Counted from the first letter of the stretch, positions 12,391 to 25,033 are shown. The stretch is 64,000 nucleotides of DNA from Octopus bimaculoides (GCF_001194135.2 NC_068981.1:161647672-161711671); one strand, 5' to 3'. Notes: generated from the letters alone by a model not told the origin. Numbers and translations: made by a program.

Positions 12391-13910
12391 GTATAGAGAT
12401 TCCCTTTTTTAGCTAATAAAAGGTGAGGAGTCCCATGATTACTTCAAGTTTTAGATGTTTTTGTCAATCACTGGAAGTTTTGAGATTGTGAATTTCTCTC
12501 TCCTGCTTTTCTGCTAGGAATTAATGGTTCAAGTTTGTATTTGATGTGGGAGGTGCCTATTTGTATAACACGTTCCTGCCTCATTGTGTGGGTTTTTGAT
12601 GAGTGTGTTAACTGAATTTGCTTGATGTGGGAGTGTTGGCAGGCAACTTGAAGCTAACAAGATGCGTGGTGTGACAGTTGTTGTTGATGATTCTAATTAC
12701 ATTGTATATATAGCATCACAGCTTGTTTTGTGGTTTATGTTGGATATGGATGCTTGCAAGTATTTTGCTTATCTTTGGATTATTTCACTGTTATTTCCAT
12801 ATTTAGTTCGCTCGTTGCTTAGACGTATTTATGCTGTGCTGGATGTATGTATGCGTTTGTCTGCACATCAGCACACATGTGAATGTTTGCTATCTATTCT
12901 TTGTCTCTATGAGTATATACACGCATGCACATGCACGCATACACACACACATACACACACACTCACATACACAATTGGCATCCAGCTGTGATTATACTCT
13001 TTAATGTTTTATATTGATGATATCACTCTTCTTCACTCCTCATTGAAGATATTTATATTAATTCTTGTAGTTGCAACTTTCAGATTACATCATATCTACA
13101 AAATATTTCTTGTCCATTTAGAAAACTGTTGTTAGACAATAATCTATGACACTTTACTAATTATATTAAACTATTCTAACAGTACTTCTTATAGTCTATG
13201 AGTTAAACATTTCCAGAGAGACTCTACTACTGACATTTTCTCTGAGAGCTTATTCATCTGTTTTAAACGAAAATCTGGGGCTACAAATAGATTAACCCCA
13301 TTAAAATCTAGAGCTACTGACAGGTGACACAAAGGTTAGAAATGTAACTGAAAACTAGGGATTAGTGAGGGGAAAAGAAACAACAGCATGGCAAATTATA
13401 TGATATGGTCATTTAGACCTGGACTCAGTTTCCAGGGATTTTTTTTTTTTAGGTCAAAGTGGGTTTTAATTTAGATAAAATTTTAAATTGTTTCTATCCT
13501 GTTCACAACTGCAACAGTAGAATATCTTTCAAAATTACAATTCTGTGAATAAAAAAAAAAAATAATAAAAAAAAAAGCCTCGCAATATAAATAACATTTT
13601 TCAGTCATGCTCTTGACATATATCTATTTAATTGCAGCCAGTGTTATTTACAACAAACTAACTACTACCAATGTTTGAAGAAGACTAAGAGCATAGGATG
13701 ACAATCAGTTGCAATACACAGACATATTCTGTCTGCTGTGATGGATTATTAAAGGCTGTCAATAAAACATTGTTAGTTAAATACTTGAGTCAGAACTTGG
13801 TTAATTTGTACAGAGTGGAGAGTTTGTTATATTCAGAATGCATATGAAATATGCATTCTCTATTGTTATTGGTGTGTCTTGTTTATTATTATTATTATTA
13901 TTATTATTAT

Positions 13911-14125
13911 TGTTCATTTGTTTTATTTTTATAACGTGCTTTCACTTCACTACCGAGCGCAGCTCTGTGCGCCTTGGGTATGTGCTGTGGTTTGCTGTGG
14001 TGCTCTTATGTTTACTGTATTGAAAGTGTTTTGCGTAGAATGTGTGCAGTACCCAGTAGTGCAATTTTCTGTATGTTATATATATTTGTAAGTCCTGGTG
14101 TTTTTGTTATGTATTTGTCTGAATA
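13911..14125 (-). mobile_element. R4/Dong-like 3' end, same family as 9800-10182, in (TAA)n
   Basis: YSDKYITKTPGLTNIYNIQKIALLGTAHILRKTLSIQ* plus closely matching 3'UTR; (TAT)n both sides. Confidence 0.88.
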
Positions 14126-14216
14126 ATTATTATTATTATTATTATTCAGTATATTATTATTATTATTATTATTATTAATAATAATAATAGTAGTAGTAGT
14201 AGTAGTATTGTAATTA

Positions 14217-14897
14217 AAGCAGTGAGCTGGCAGAATCGTTAGCACACTGGATGAAATACTTAATGGTATTTTGTCTGTTACTACATCCTGAGTTCAAATT
14301 CAGCTGAGGTTGACATTGCCTTTCATTCTTTCAGGGTCACTAAACTAAGTATCAGTTAAGTACTGGGGTCGATGTAATCAACTAGCCTCTCCCCCAAATT
14401 TCAGGCCTTGTGCCTTTAGTAGAAAGGATTATTATTATTATTATTATTATTATTAAGGTTGCGAGCTGGCAGAATCGTTAGCATGCTGAACAAAATGCTT
14501 AGCAGCATTTCACCCATCTGAGTTCAAATTCTGCCAAAGTCAACTTTGCCTTTCGTCCTTTCGGGGTCAATAAAATAAGTACCAGTTGAACATTGGGGTT
14601 GATGTAATTGACTCATCTCCTCCCCCAAAATTGCTGCCTTTGTGGCAAAAATGTGTAACCATTATTATTATTAAGGCTGCAACATAGCAGAATCGTTAGT
14701 ATGTTGGGCAAAATGTTTAGTGGCATTTTGTCTATTCTTACATTCTGAGTTCAAATTCCGCCGAGGTTGATTTGCCTTTCATCCTTTCAAGGTTGATGAA
14801 ATAAGTACCAGTTACACACTGGAGTTGATGTAATCAACTAATCCCCCTTCTCCAAAATTTCAAGCCTTGTGCCTATAGTAGAAAGGATTATTATTAT
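14217..14897 (+). mobile_element. Three head-to-tail SINE family B copies with (TTA)n tails
   Basis: Starts ~14217, 14455, 14673; each has gcagaatcgttag..., tgagttcaaatt, aagtaccagtt and a (TTA)n tail. Confidence 0.9.
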
Positions 14898-14960
14898 CAT
14901 GTTTTTCATCATCATTATTATTATAGGTGCCTGTTGTTTTATTATTATGTTATTATTATA

Positions 14961-15123
14961 TAGGCGTAGGAGTGACTGTGTAGTAAGTAGCTTGCTTACG
15001 AACCACATGGTTTCGGGTTCAGTCCCACTGCGTGACACCTTGGGCAAGTGTCTTCTACTATAGCCTCGGGCCGACCAAAACCTTGTGAGTGGATTTGGTA
15101 GACGGAAACTGAAAGAAGCCCGT

Positions 15124-15203
<80 letters not shown>

Positions 15204-15258
15204 TGTATGTATATGTATGTTTGTGTGTATATGTTTGCGTGTCTGTGTTTGTCCCCCC
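14961..15258 (+). mobile_element. SINE family A, 3'-truncated, with long internal (TA)n
   Basis: aggcgtaggagtgactgtgtagtaagtagc...gacggaaactgaaagaagcccg, (TA)n 15126-15200. Confidence 0.88.
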
Positions 15259-16019
15259 ATACACACATGCCTTGAGCTTTCCCCACAAGAAATAATCGCA
15301 CATGGAAAAATTAGGGCACTGATGGGGCCAGGGAATGTCAGCAAACCTGGAAATGAGGCAGTCATCAAAGAGAGGGCAAAGAACGTCCTTTGATGCTCTG
15401 GCTGTGTGAGCCATCACCCCATCTTACTGAAACCACACATGTCGAATAGGTATATGTTTTCATCGTAATTCAAGCACAAAGATGTCTTTTATCATCTTGA
15501 TATAATGCTCGGAGTTTACAGTAACAGCATTTCCATTATTGTCTCCAAAAAAGTAAGGACCAATGACAGCAGCTTTTCCAACATTACACCAGACTGTCAC
15601 TTTTGGGCTGTGCAGTGGTCTTTCGTGCAATTCTCTCAGATTTTCAAGAGCTTCCCAGCAGAGCAATTCGGACTCCATATCAAAGCTTGTCTGACATGTT
15701 CTACATTTTCCGGTGTCTGTACCATTCGTGGTGCTCCCACCAGTCTCCTATTTATGAGTGTACCTCATGTACGAAGTGCATTCACCCAATGTAAGATTGT
15801 GTTATGGGTGGGAACAGCCTGATTTCAGTGAATGTTGAAATGTTGCCAAAACTCACACTGAACTGCTGCTCTATTGTCCACAACGCCATGACTTCACTTG
15901 AAAAGAAAAAAAATGCTAAGACATCATGGATCAAATGGTACCTGTCAGACATATGTCCCTCTCCCTGGGGTTGAGTAATAGCCATTTCAAAAACCGTCCA
16001 TCCTTTCTGCCCCACCCTG
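15259..16019 (-). mobile_element. DD41D (rosa/Visitor-type) mariner pseudogene with internal deletion
   Basis: TA|CAGGGTGGGGCAG end; ATG 15889; HTH ...TPENVEHVRQALIWSP joined to ..ELHERPLHSPKVTVWC..GPYFF; WFQ*DG...WP...CDYFLWG with 41 residues between second and third D. Confidence 0.88.
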
Positions 16020-16144
16020 TAATATTGGGTGAATATGTCGAGTTTGTGCTACATGGATTTGACTTAGATTTGTTGGGCTCAGGGTGATTCCATAAAGAAT
16101 GTTAATCTTAATCATCTTATTGCCTTGTAATAATATGGTTCATT

Positions 16145-16440
16145 TGATATAGCATGGTGTAAAGGCATATGGCTTAGTGGTTAGGGTATTTGGCTCACAA
16201 TCACGAGGTTGAGAGTTCAGTTCCTGGTGATGCATTGTGTCCTTGAGCAAGAAACTTTATTTCACATTGCTCCAGTCCACTTAGCAAAAATGAGTAGTAT
16301 GGGTATTTCAAAGGGCCAGCCTTGTCACATTCTGTGTCACATTGAATTTCTCTGAGAACTATGTTAAGGGTACATGTGTCTATGGAGTGCTCAGCTACAT
16401 ACACATTAATTTCATGAACCGGCTGTTTTATTGTAAGCAA
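16145..16440 (+). mobile_element. CORE-like SINE with the family D tail
   Basis: ggcttagtggttagggt head; tgtgtccttgagcaagaaac...gctccagtccac core; tail caaagggccagccttgtcac...ggagtgctcagc shared with family D. Confidence 0.7.
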
Positions 16441-16599
16441 TGGAGTGCTAGATATGGCATGGCTGACGAACTTTATTAGTGTTGGAGCTGTTATATTTAT
16501 GTGGGAAATTTGACTGGCAACTATTGGTGCCACCAGCTACAGTTGCTTTTGAAGTAAGAGTAGGAGAGAAAGAGAGTTTACTGAGAAATAGGAGGGAAG

Positions 16600-17440
16600 G
16601 TGTTATATTTATATCCAGTTTCTACCATCTGAAAATGTGGTACCCTGTCAAATGTTTTTCAGAAATCAATCCAGGACATACTAAAGTTTTTTTTTGTTCT
16701 ATGCTTCCATAGCCCTGTTAACTTATAACTGTCTCTACACTACAACCATACATCTCTTTCCAGTACGTTTTCTGTTCATCTGCTCTTTAAATAACCAAGT
16801 TGACCAGCTGTAGCATATGAATGTAAGGGCTTTGTATGTTGTTGAAAATCAAGTTATAAGGTTTGTAGTTTTGTGGGTGTCTTGTGCTTTTGATTTGGAG
16901 GAATTAATGTTGTTCTCACCTCCATCATCCATTTGGATGTTAATTCTGGTCTACTTATCAGTATATTAGATTCTGTTGCTACAGAATCATGAATTTTGGA
17001 GGAGAGGTACTTCAGTCAGAAATTGGCAACTTTTTTCAATTGTTGGGACTTTCCTATTACTTAAAAATTTTAAATGTTGATAAATTCCTTGCTGGCTGTA
17101 TGGGAAGTCATTTTTGCAGTGTTGTTTAGGTTTTAGCCTTTCTTTTCCATCTATCCTACTGTATTTTTTTAATTTTTTTTATTGTACTGAATGTTTCTGT
17201 TGCATTCCTTTATCTCAGTGTTCTTTATCCTCTGGTGTTGTTTTGTAAGTATTTCCATAAAATCTTTTGGTATTTGATTCAAAGCATTATTCTAGAAAAA
17301 GCTTGCTTTTTGTTGATATAATTTTCTTTTACTTTCTGGATACCTTTTTGGTTAATGCTATAATATGTTTTAGATATTTGAGGGTTTTTTTCCATTTCAT
17401 TTGGTAAAAATACATTTTTCTGTTTAAATCTTTCCCAAAT
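16600..17440 (-). pseudogene. Decayed R4/Dong-clade reverse transcriptase (N-terminal RT motifs)
   Basis: With frameshifts: VANF*LKYLSSKIH; W...RTTLIP; NYKP-IT..TTYKALT; EQK..YGC..QL..N.AM; KKNFSMSWIDF*KTFDRVPH. Confidence 0.75.
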
Positions 17441-18451
17441 TTAATGAAAGTTATTCATCATCATCATCGTTTTCATTTTAACCTCCCACTTTTCCATGCT
17501 TGTACTGGATGGAAGAAGTTTGTTGAAGCACATTTTTTTATGGCTGGATGCCTTTCCTGTTGCTGGCCCTCACCTATCTCCAAGTAAGGTAATATTTCTC
17601 TCTGGGCAGACAAGCTTTTGAAGAATAATGGATATGAATGATACTGATTTTATGGTAGTGACTCTCATTTACAACTATCATGTGATGTCATGTCAAAGAC
17701 CCCCCCCCACACACACACACATACACACATAAAACAGGATTCTTTCAGTTTCTTTTTACTAAATTCACTGACAAGGTTTGAATCAGCCTGGTATTCTAGA
17801 GAACACATGACCAAGTTGTCATGCAGTAGAAAAGAACCTGAAACTATGTGGTTAGATAGAAAGAAACTTCTTAAACACACAGCCATGCTTGCACGAAACT
17901 GTGCCTGTACAGCTAGAGATAAGTTTGACTGAGAAGTGTCTGATTGTATATGAATCAAATTTAGTTTCTGTTAATACTTTATTGAATAGACTAGATAATT
18001 TAGTCAGTTGATATTTGAATAATTGGTTTGGACAGAATTTCTTGGAGGACCTTATTGCATTTATATATACTAATTACCTGTAGGGACACCATATTTTGTC
18101 ATGCAACCATAATATACTACAAAGTATAGTAAAAGCTGTGTCCTACTGCGTTAGCAGTGCTATTAATTCATTTTTTAAGGTTAATTTTACAGATTATTTA
18201 TAGGAATCAGAGCCAGCACAGATTTGTATGACATTTTGTATATGAATATGCTTATATGAACAATGTGAATGAAGATGGAAAAATGGGTAATGAGTGTATA
18301 TGCATATTTCAGGATTTCTTGCTCCTTCATCAGTACCACATCCAACCCATTAACCATCCACAAACTCATTGCTTAAATATCTACTAGATATGTAACACGC
18401 ACTACTGGACATACCAATTTTACACATTAAACACATTCCTGACAACTGGTA

Positions 18452-18832
18452 CATCATCATCATCATCATCATCATTATCATTTAATGTCTGCTTTCCATG
18501 CTGTCATGGGTTGGACAGATTGACTGAAAACTAGTAAGCTGGGGAGCTACACTAGGTTCCAGTCTGATTTGGCATGGTTTCTACAGCTGGATGTCCTTCC
18601 TAATGCCAACCACTCCAAGAGTGTAGTGGGTGCTTTTTTATATGCCACCAGCACAGGTGCCAGTTACGAAACACCAGCATTGGCCATGGCTACGATCTCA
18701 CTTGGTTTAACAGGTCTTCTCAAGCATGGTGTATTGCCAAAGGTCTCAGTCATTTGTCGCTATCTCTGTGAGACCCAAGTTTGAAGGGTGCTTTTTATGT
18801 ACCATCGGCACAGGTGCCAGATATGCAACACT
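18452..18832 (-). mobile_element. Retroposon family C, diverged
   Basis: (CAT)n then tttaatgtctgctttccatgc...ctacagctggatgtccttcctaatgccaacc. Confidence 0.8.
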
Positions 18833-21420
18833 GTAATTAACATGTAAATACACATTAATTACTTGTAGGGACACCGTATTTCGTTATGTGACCAAAAAAT
18901 ACTATAAAGCATATTAAATGTTTTATAAGTCAATACTGTATACTACTGTGTTAGCAGTGCTCTTACATCACTTGCTAAGGTTACCTCTACAGATATATAT
19001 ATATATATACTTTATATATACTTTCATGGAGCTGCCTGTACACATGTAACTTGGACAGTTAACCATGTTATGTCTCTTTTTTTGTGTCATTGTTTCTGTT
19101 AGGTTTTCCTCAATGTTAACTCTGGTTAATTTGCATGCTGTTGTGCTATTCAGTTTGTTGTTAAATGTGGCTGTTGAGGGTATATTTTCCTCACTGCTGT
19201 GTATTGGTTGAAGGTTATATAGGAACTTCTAAGATATTCACCATTAATTTGAATTGAAGTTCTTTTCTATTCACAACTCTTTTTTTTTATAGGTTGTTAT
19301 GTCTTGCTTGATTTTTTTTTTATTTGCTTGGTTTACTCAGTAGTATTTTCATTGTATTTTAAAGATTCCTTTGTTGTATGAGCAGTCTTTTTGTTACATT
19401 ATTTTGTTTTTTCCTTTTGTGAAGTTTTACATGTTTTGTGTGTGTGTGTGTGTGTGTGTGAGCGATGAGATTTGTTGTGATGCTGTCATTAGTTTATGGT
19501 AGGTGTTCTTTTTGTATAGTTGGTTGTTTTGTTTTCAGTGTGTATTTGTTACATGAGTTCTATTCTAATTTTTGGAATTTTGGTACTGTTTTATTATAAA
19601 TCTTTATACATTCTCAAGTGTATTACATTCAAATTTTTCTCATTTCTTCCTTTTCTCCTCCATAATGCATATGCCTCTTTTATAGTGCTCATGTGTATTA
19701 TATGTGTAATAGGAATTAAACACTTCATTGTATTGTAAATTGTTCTAATGTTTTCTTTCGATTTTGTCATTATTTTGGATCCTAGCAGTAAGAGATAAGA
19801 TTTTTTGTTTGATGTTGTCCTTTTGGAAAGATGGTGCTTCTCAAAAAATGTTACATTATCTTTGTTTCAACCTCACATTAAACTCACACTAGAAAATCCT
19901 TTATACATTCTAACTTGCAGGTTGTGTTTTTGTTGCTGTTTGATTTTTTTTTAATGGACATAATTGATGTTTTTAAATAGCATAACGGTTGTACTTACAA
20001 GAACTCTTATAGAATCTTTTACTTTATTATTATTTTTTTTTTTGTGGTTAATTTTGGTTTTGAACTGGTTGTATTATTGGATTTATTTCAGTATTTATGA
20101 AGAGCTATGTTTTCACAGTCATGCTGTTATTCAGTTTGGTCCAGTTCTAGGGTAGTAAATTGGGAAATTTGTGTAGTGGAGGATGAAATGTATTCCAGTT
20201 ACTAAGTTATCTCTCCTTACATTCTATTGTCAAATCTGATGTGGTCAAAATAAATATCAGTCCACTAGTTGTGTTGATTTAAGTTGACCATAACCCACTT
20301 GCAAAATGTGTGGAGTTGTTGTTCCTAAGTTAGAAATTAATAGGTATTATTGTTAGTGCATTGCTTTGGTCATTCCTGCTTGAATAAACCTATAACACAG
20401 ATGCAGCTGATCAATAAATTGGTTTGATCATACTGACCTAATGGTTAATACTTGAAATATATTGTAGGGAGCTTGTTGAAGCAGAGGGAGAGAGATTAAA
20501 TGCTCCATTGAGCAGGTAAATGCTGTTGATCAGTTATGCTTGAGTAGCAGTCCTATGACACTAAGATACCAAATCAAAGAATTATTTAATCAGCATTGTA
20601 GCTGTGGTTAATTGGTTGGAACAATTGACACCTCCTACATGCACAGCTGTCTTCATAGTCTTACATTAATTTTTAAAAACAAAAACCAGTTTCAATGTTA
20701 CAATGTTACAATGTCTAATTACAATTAAAAAAACCTGGATGTGAATAACCCAACATTATTGCTAAGAATGTATCACAAGTTAATACAAAATCCCATTCTT
20801 CACAGACGTGATGGAGCTAACATAATATCTAGTTGTGGTATCTAGTTGTATCCTAATTGTTTGGTAAGTTGTTACAGGATTTTAGACTTTGTTGCAATCC
20901 TTACTTTACAGATAGTATTGAGTTTCTTGATGGAGTTTATAACACTGTTTCTGTCTCTCTGTGGATATGCATGAGAGAAGCTCTTATATTGGCTTATAAA
21001 TATCCAAGCAATATGATGCATGTATATGATGTTACATAATCTCTGGTAGTAATTAGACCAAGACTGAGAATATAATATGGATAGAAGTAAAATATGTGAT
21101 TTGATAAATATTGATTTCTCAGATCAGCTCAAGGCTAATGTTCATTCTTGGTGTTGGTTTATAGTCATTGAACTGTCATGATTGAGCATACCTATGCTCA
21201 AAGATATTTTATTGTGTGCAATGAGGTATACAGTCTTTGGAGCTACACACTTCTCCTATCAGAATAGAAATAGCAGATAGTGTGTGTCCCCGTTTAGAGG
21301 TTTGAAATTTAATGTTAACATAGGGAAAATTTGATTGTAGGATCTAAACTGAAGGAATTTAATATTGGAGTAGATTTAAGTTTTAGCCCCACAATTTTAG
21401 CTGTTTTCAACACTGGAATC

Positions 21421-21766
21421 CTCCTCATCGTCATCATCATTATTGTCATCATCGTTATCGTCATTGTCACCACCATTATCATCATCATCATCTTCATTGT
21501 CATCATCATCATTGTCGTTATTGTTGTTGATGTCATCCTCATTGTCATCATCCTCATCATTATTGTCATTGTTGTAGTTATTGTCATTGTTATCATCATC
21601 ATCAGCAACATCATCATTGTCGTTGTCGTTGTCATCACCATCATCATTATCATCATCATCATTGTTGTCGTCATCATCAATGTCATCATAATTGTCATCA
21701 TCGTCGTCTTCATCGTTGTTGTCATCATTGTTGTCATTATCATTGTCTCATCATCATCATCATCAT
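21421..21766. repeat. Degenerate trinucleotide tract (ATC/ATT/GTC/GTT)
   Basis: Direct; explains the poly-I/V and poly-M/T ORFs. Confidence 0.92.
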
Positions 21767-22171
21767 ATATACATGTGTACATACATACATACACACACAC
21801 ATACAAACATACATATATACAATGAGCTTCTTTAAGTTTCTCATTACCAAATCTTCTCACAAAGCTTTGGCTAGTCTGAGGCTATAGTTGAAAACAGTTA
21901 CCCATGGTGCCATACAGTGGGATTGTACCCAATGCCATGTAGTTAGGAAGCAAACTTTTTAACCACATAGCCAAGCCATGGTAACACCAATAAACAGTGA
22001 CGAAATAAGAGAGTAATTGAATTCTCCTGAGCTTCTGACCATTCTTTAGGGCAATTTTTGAAACAGTGAAAGAGTTGGCATTTCATGTTATTGAATATCT
22101 TAAAATAATGATGGACTTAAAACAAGAACATCAAATGAAGATGTAGGCTTTTTTAGTTCTTGTGACTTTTG

Positions 22172-22210
<39 letters not shown>

Positions 22211-22250
22211 GTTTTTGTTTAGCCTCAGGACAGCTCTGATTCCCTGAGCC

Positions 22251-22328
22251 ATGACCATCTTCCAGCTATGACCATCTTCCAGCTATGACCATCTTCCAGC
22301 TATGACCATCTTCCAGCTATGACCATCT
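22251..22328. repeat. 17-bp minisatellite, 4.6 copies (atgaccatcttccagct)
   Basis: Exact copies start at 22251, 22268, 22285, 22302, partial at 22319. Confidence 0.92.
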
Positions 22329-22456
22329 CAACTGTTTGTATATCTAATACTACATTCTCCAATGAATTTTTCTTTTCTTTTCTTTTTGATGTGATTTGAA
22401 ATTCATTTGGCTGTTATTTCTTACTACATAAATAACCACGTAGATGTACCAGACTC

Positions 22457-22537
22457 TAGTCTGATTAGAGTCTGGTACAGTCTTAGTCTGATTAGAGTCT
22501 GGTACAGCCTTAGTCTGATTAGGGTCTGGTACAGCCT
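22457..22537. repeat. 27-bp tandem repeat, 3 copies, within a family C remnant
   Basis: tagtctgattag(a/g)gtctggtacag(t/c)ct x3. Confidence 0.92.
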
Positions 22538-22992
22538 TCTAGCTTGCCAGCCCTGGTCAAACTGTCCAGCCCATGCCAGCATGGACAATAGACATTAAAT
22601 GATGATGATGCTCTCTCATTAGATTGTGCTTATTGTCGTTATTGTTTAGCTCCCAAGTTAGCCCTGAATGAGCATATATATGGCGATAGACATTCCAGGT
22701 GTGACCATCTTGTTTTTTCTGGGCTAGCTTATCTCAGGTTACGTCATCCAATTTGTTGTTCCATTTCTCTCAGCTTTTTATTTTCAAGGCAACAAGGTAT
22801 GATATGACAGACATTTGACTACTATTTCTAGAAGGTTAATTGACTATATAGTGGCATTTTCATATTTATGGCAGGCAATGGTGAATTTAGGTTTCAATTT
22901 TTTTCACAACGCCAGTAATTTTGGGTTAGTGGGTAAGTTGATTACATCAACCAGAGCTTGGCAAATATGTATTCTATCAACCCTTGTTGTTG

Positions 22993-23247
22993 TTATTGTT
23001 GTTGGCACTCCGTCACTTACGACGTCAGGGTTCCAGTTGATCCGATCAACAGAACAGCCTGCTCATGAAATTAACGTGCAAGTGGCTGAGCACTCCAGAG
23101 ACACGTGTACCCTTAACGTAGTTCTTGGGGATATTCAGTGTGACACAGTGTGACAAGGCTGACCCTTTGAATTACAGGCACAACAGAAACAGGAAGTAAG
23201 AGTGGGAGAAAGTAGTGGTGAAAGAGTACAGCAGGGTTCGCCACCAT
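22993..23247 (-). mobile_element. SINE family D 3' part, running into N-gap
   Basis: Matches 27632-28023 and 45636-46020. Confidence 0.88.
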
Positions 23248-24175
23248 NNNNNNNNNNNNNNNNNNNNNNNNNNNNNNNNNNNNNNNNNNNNNNNNNNNNN
23301 NNNNNNNNNNNNNNNNNNNNNNNNNNNNNNNNNNNNNNNNNNNNNNNNNNNNNNNNNNNNNNNNNNNNNNNNNNNNNNNNNNNNNNNNNNNNNNNNNNNN
23401 NNNNNNNNNNNNNNNNNNNNNNNNNNNNNNNNNNNNNNNNNNNNNNNNNNNNNNNNNNNNNNNNNNNNNNNNNNNNNNNNNNNNNNNNNNNNNNNNNNNN
23501 NNNNNNNNNNNNNNNNNNNNNNNNNNNNNNNNNNNNNNNNNNNNNNNNNNNNNNNNNNNNNNNNNNNNNNNNNNNNNNNNNNNNNNNNNNNNNNNNNNNN
23601 NNNNNNNNNNNNNNNNNNNNNNNNNNNNNNNNNNNNNNNNNNNNNNNNNNNNNNNNNNNNNNNNNNNNNNNNNNNNNNNNNNNNNNNNNNNNNNNNNNNN
23701 NNNNNNNNNNNNNNNNNNNNNNNNNNNNNNNNNNNNNNNNNNNNNNNNNNNNNNNNNNNNNNNNNNNNNNNNNNNNNNNNNNNNNNNNNNNNNNNNNNNN
23801 NNNNNNNNNNNNNNNNNNNNNNNNNNNNNNNNNNNNNNNNNNNNNNNNNNNNNNNNNNNNNNNNNNNNNNNNNNNNNNNNNNNNNNNNNNNNNNNNNNNN
23901 NNNNNNNNNNNNNNNNNNNNNNNNNNNNNNNNNNNNNNNNNNNNNNNNNNNNNNNNNNNNNNNNNNNNNNNNNNNNNNNNNNNNNNNNNNNNNNNNNNNN
24001 NNNNNNNNNNNNNNNNNNNNNNNNNNNNNNNNNNNNNNNNNNNCATTGATTTTGAGCTCTATCCTTTAAGAGACATGTATACATATATATATACAAAAAC
24101 TCAACTGTGAGTTTTTGGCTAAGACTGTTAACAGATACTATATATCTTGTAAAATTTGTTTTATAAAAGTATATA

Positions 24176-24216
<41 letters not shown>

Positions 24217-24378
24217 TACGGCGGGCTTCTTTCAGTTTCCGTCTACCAAATCCACTCACAAGGCTTTGGTCGGGCCGAGGCTATAGTAGAAGACACTTGC
24301 CCAAGGTGCCACGCAGTGGGACTGAACCCAGAACCATGTGGTTGGTAAGCAAGCTACTTTCCACACAGCCACTCCTAC
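24217..24378 (-). mobile_element. SINE family A head/core
   Basis: gggcttctttcagtttccgtctacc...ccacacagccactcct. Confidence 0.85.
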
Positions 24379-25033
24379 ACAATGGTGAATATTAAGACAA
24401 AATATTGCCCTCACTTGTCATTTTTTAACCCCAGTAAAAGGTGGTAAGTTGGCTGAACCGTTAGTATGCCAGACAAATTGCTTAGCTGCATTTCATCCAT
24501 CTTAATGTTCTGAGCTCAAATTCTACTGAGGTCGAGTTTGCCTTTCATCTTTTTAGAGTTGATAAAATAAATACTAGTTAATTACTCAGGTCAATGATAT
24601 TGACTTTCCTCTCTCCTCAGAAACTGCTGGCTCTGTGCCAAAATTTAAAACCATTATTTAACCTCAACAGAAATTGTTTCACTTATGGTGAATGAACGCG
24701 ATGACTTCTTTGTTTCAGATTTATCCATGCATTTTTATCCGGTAGAGTGAGATACATGGAATATTAGGCTGCTTTTTCTAGCAGGTTAAGTGACCACATA
24801 CACAAGGCTCCCTTGTTGGTTTGTATCATCATCTGTTGTTTCATCTGACACTTGATAGCAACACTTTATTGATCTTCTACATCAGATTTCACATGAGCAA
24901 GAACTGCTTGTATGTATGTATGTGTGTGGATGCATCAATGTGTGTGTGTGTGTGTGTGTATGTGTGTGTTTTACAATCTTTCATCAGTACAGCAGCTGTC
25001 TACCGAAGCTATTAGCTGATCTGTAATAGATAT

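Noticed and set aside
22251-22537. CRISPR-like periodicity
   Set aside because: Plain tandem repeats without spacers in a eukaryotic context
23113-24213. Long ORFs of 284-366 aa (also at 5.1, 6.5, 32.7-33.5 and 37.1 kb)
   Set aside because: Consist of X from N-gaps plus microsatellite translation
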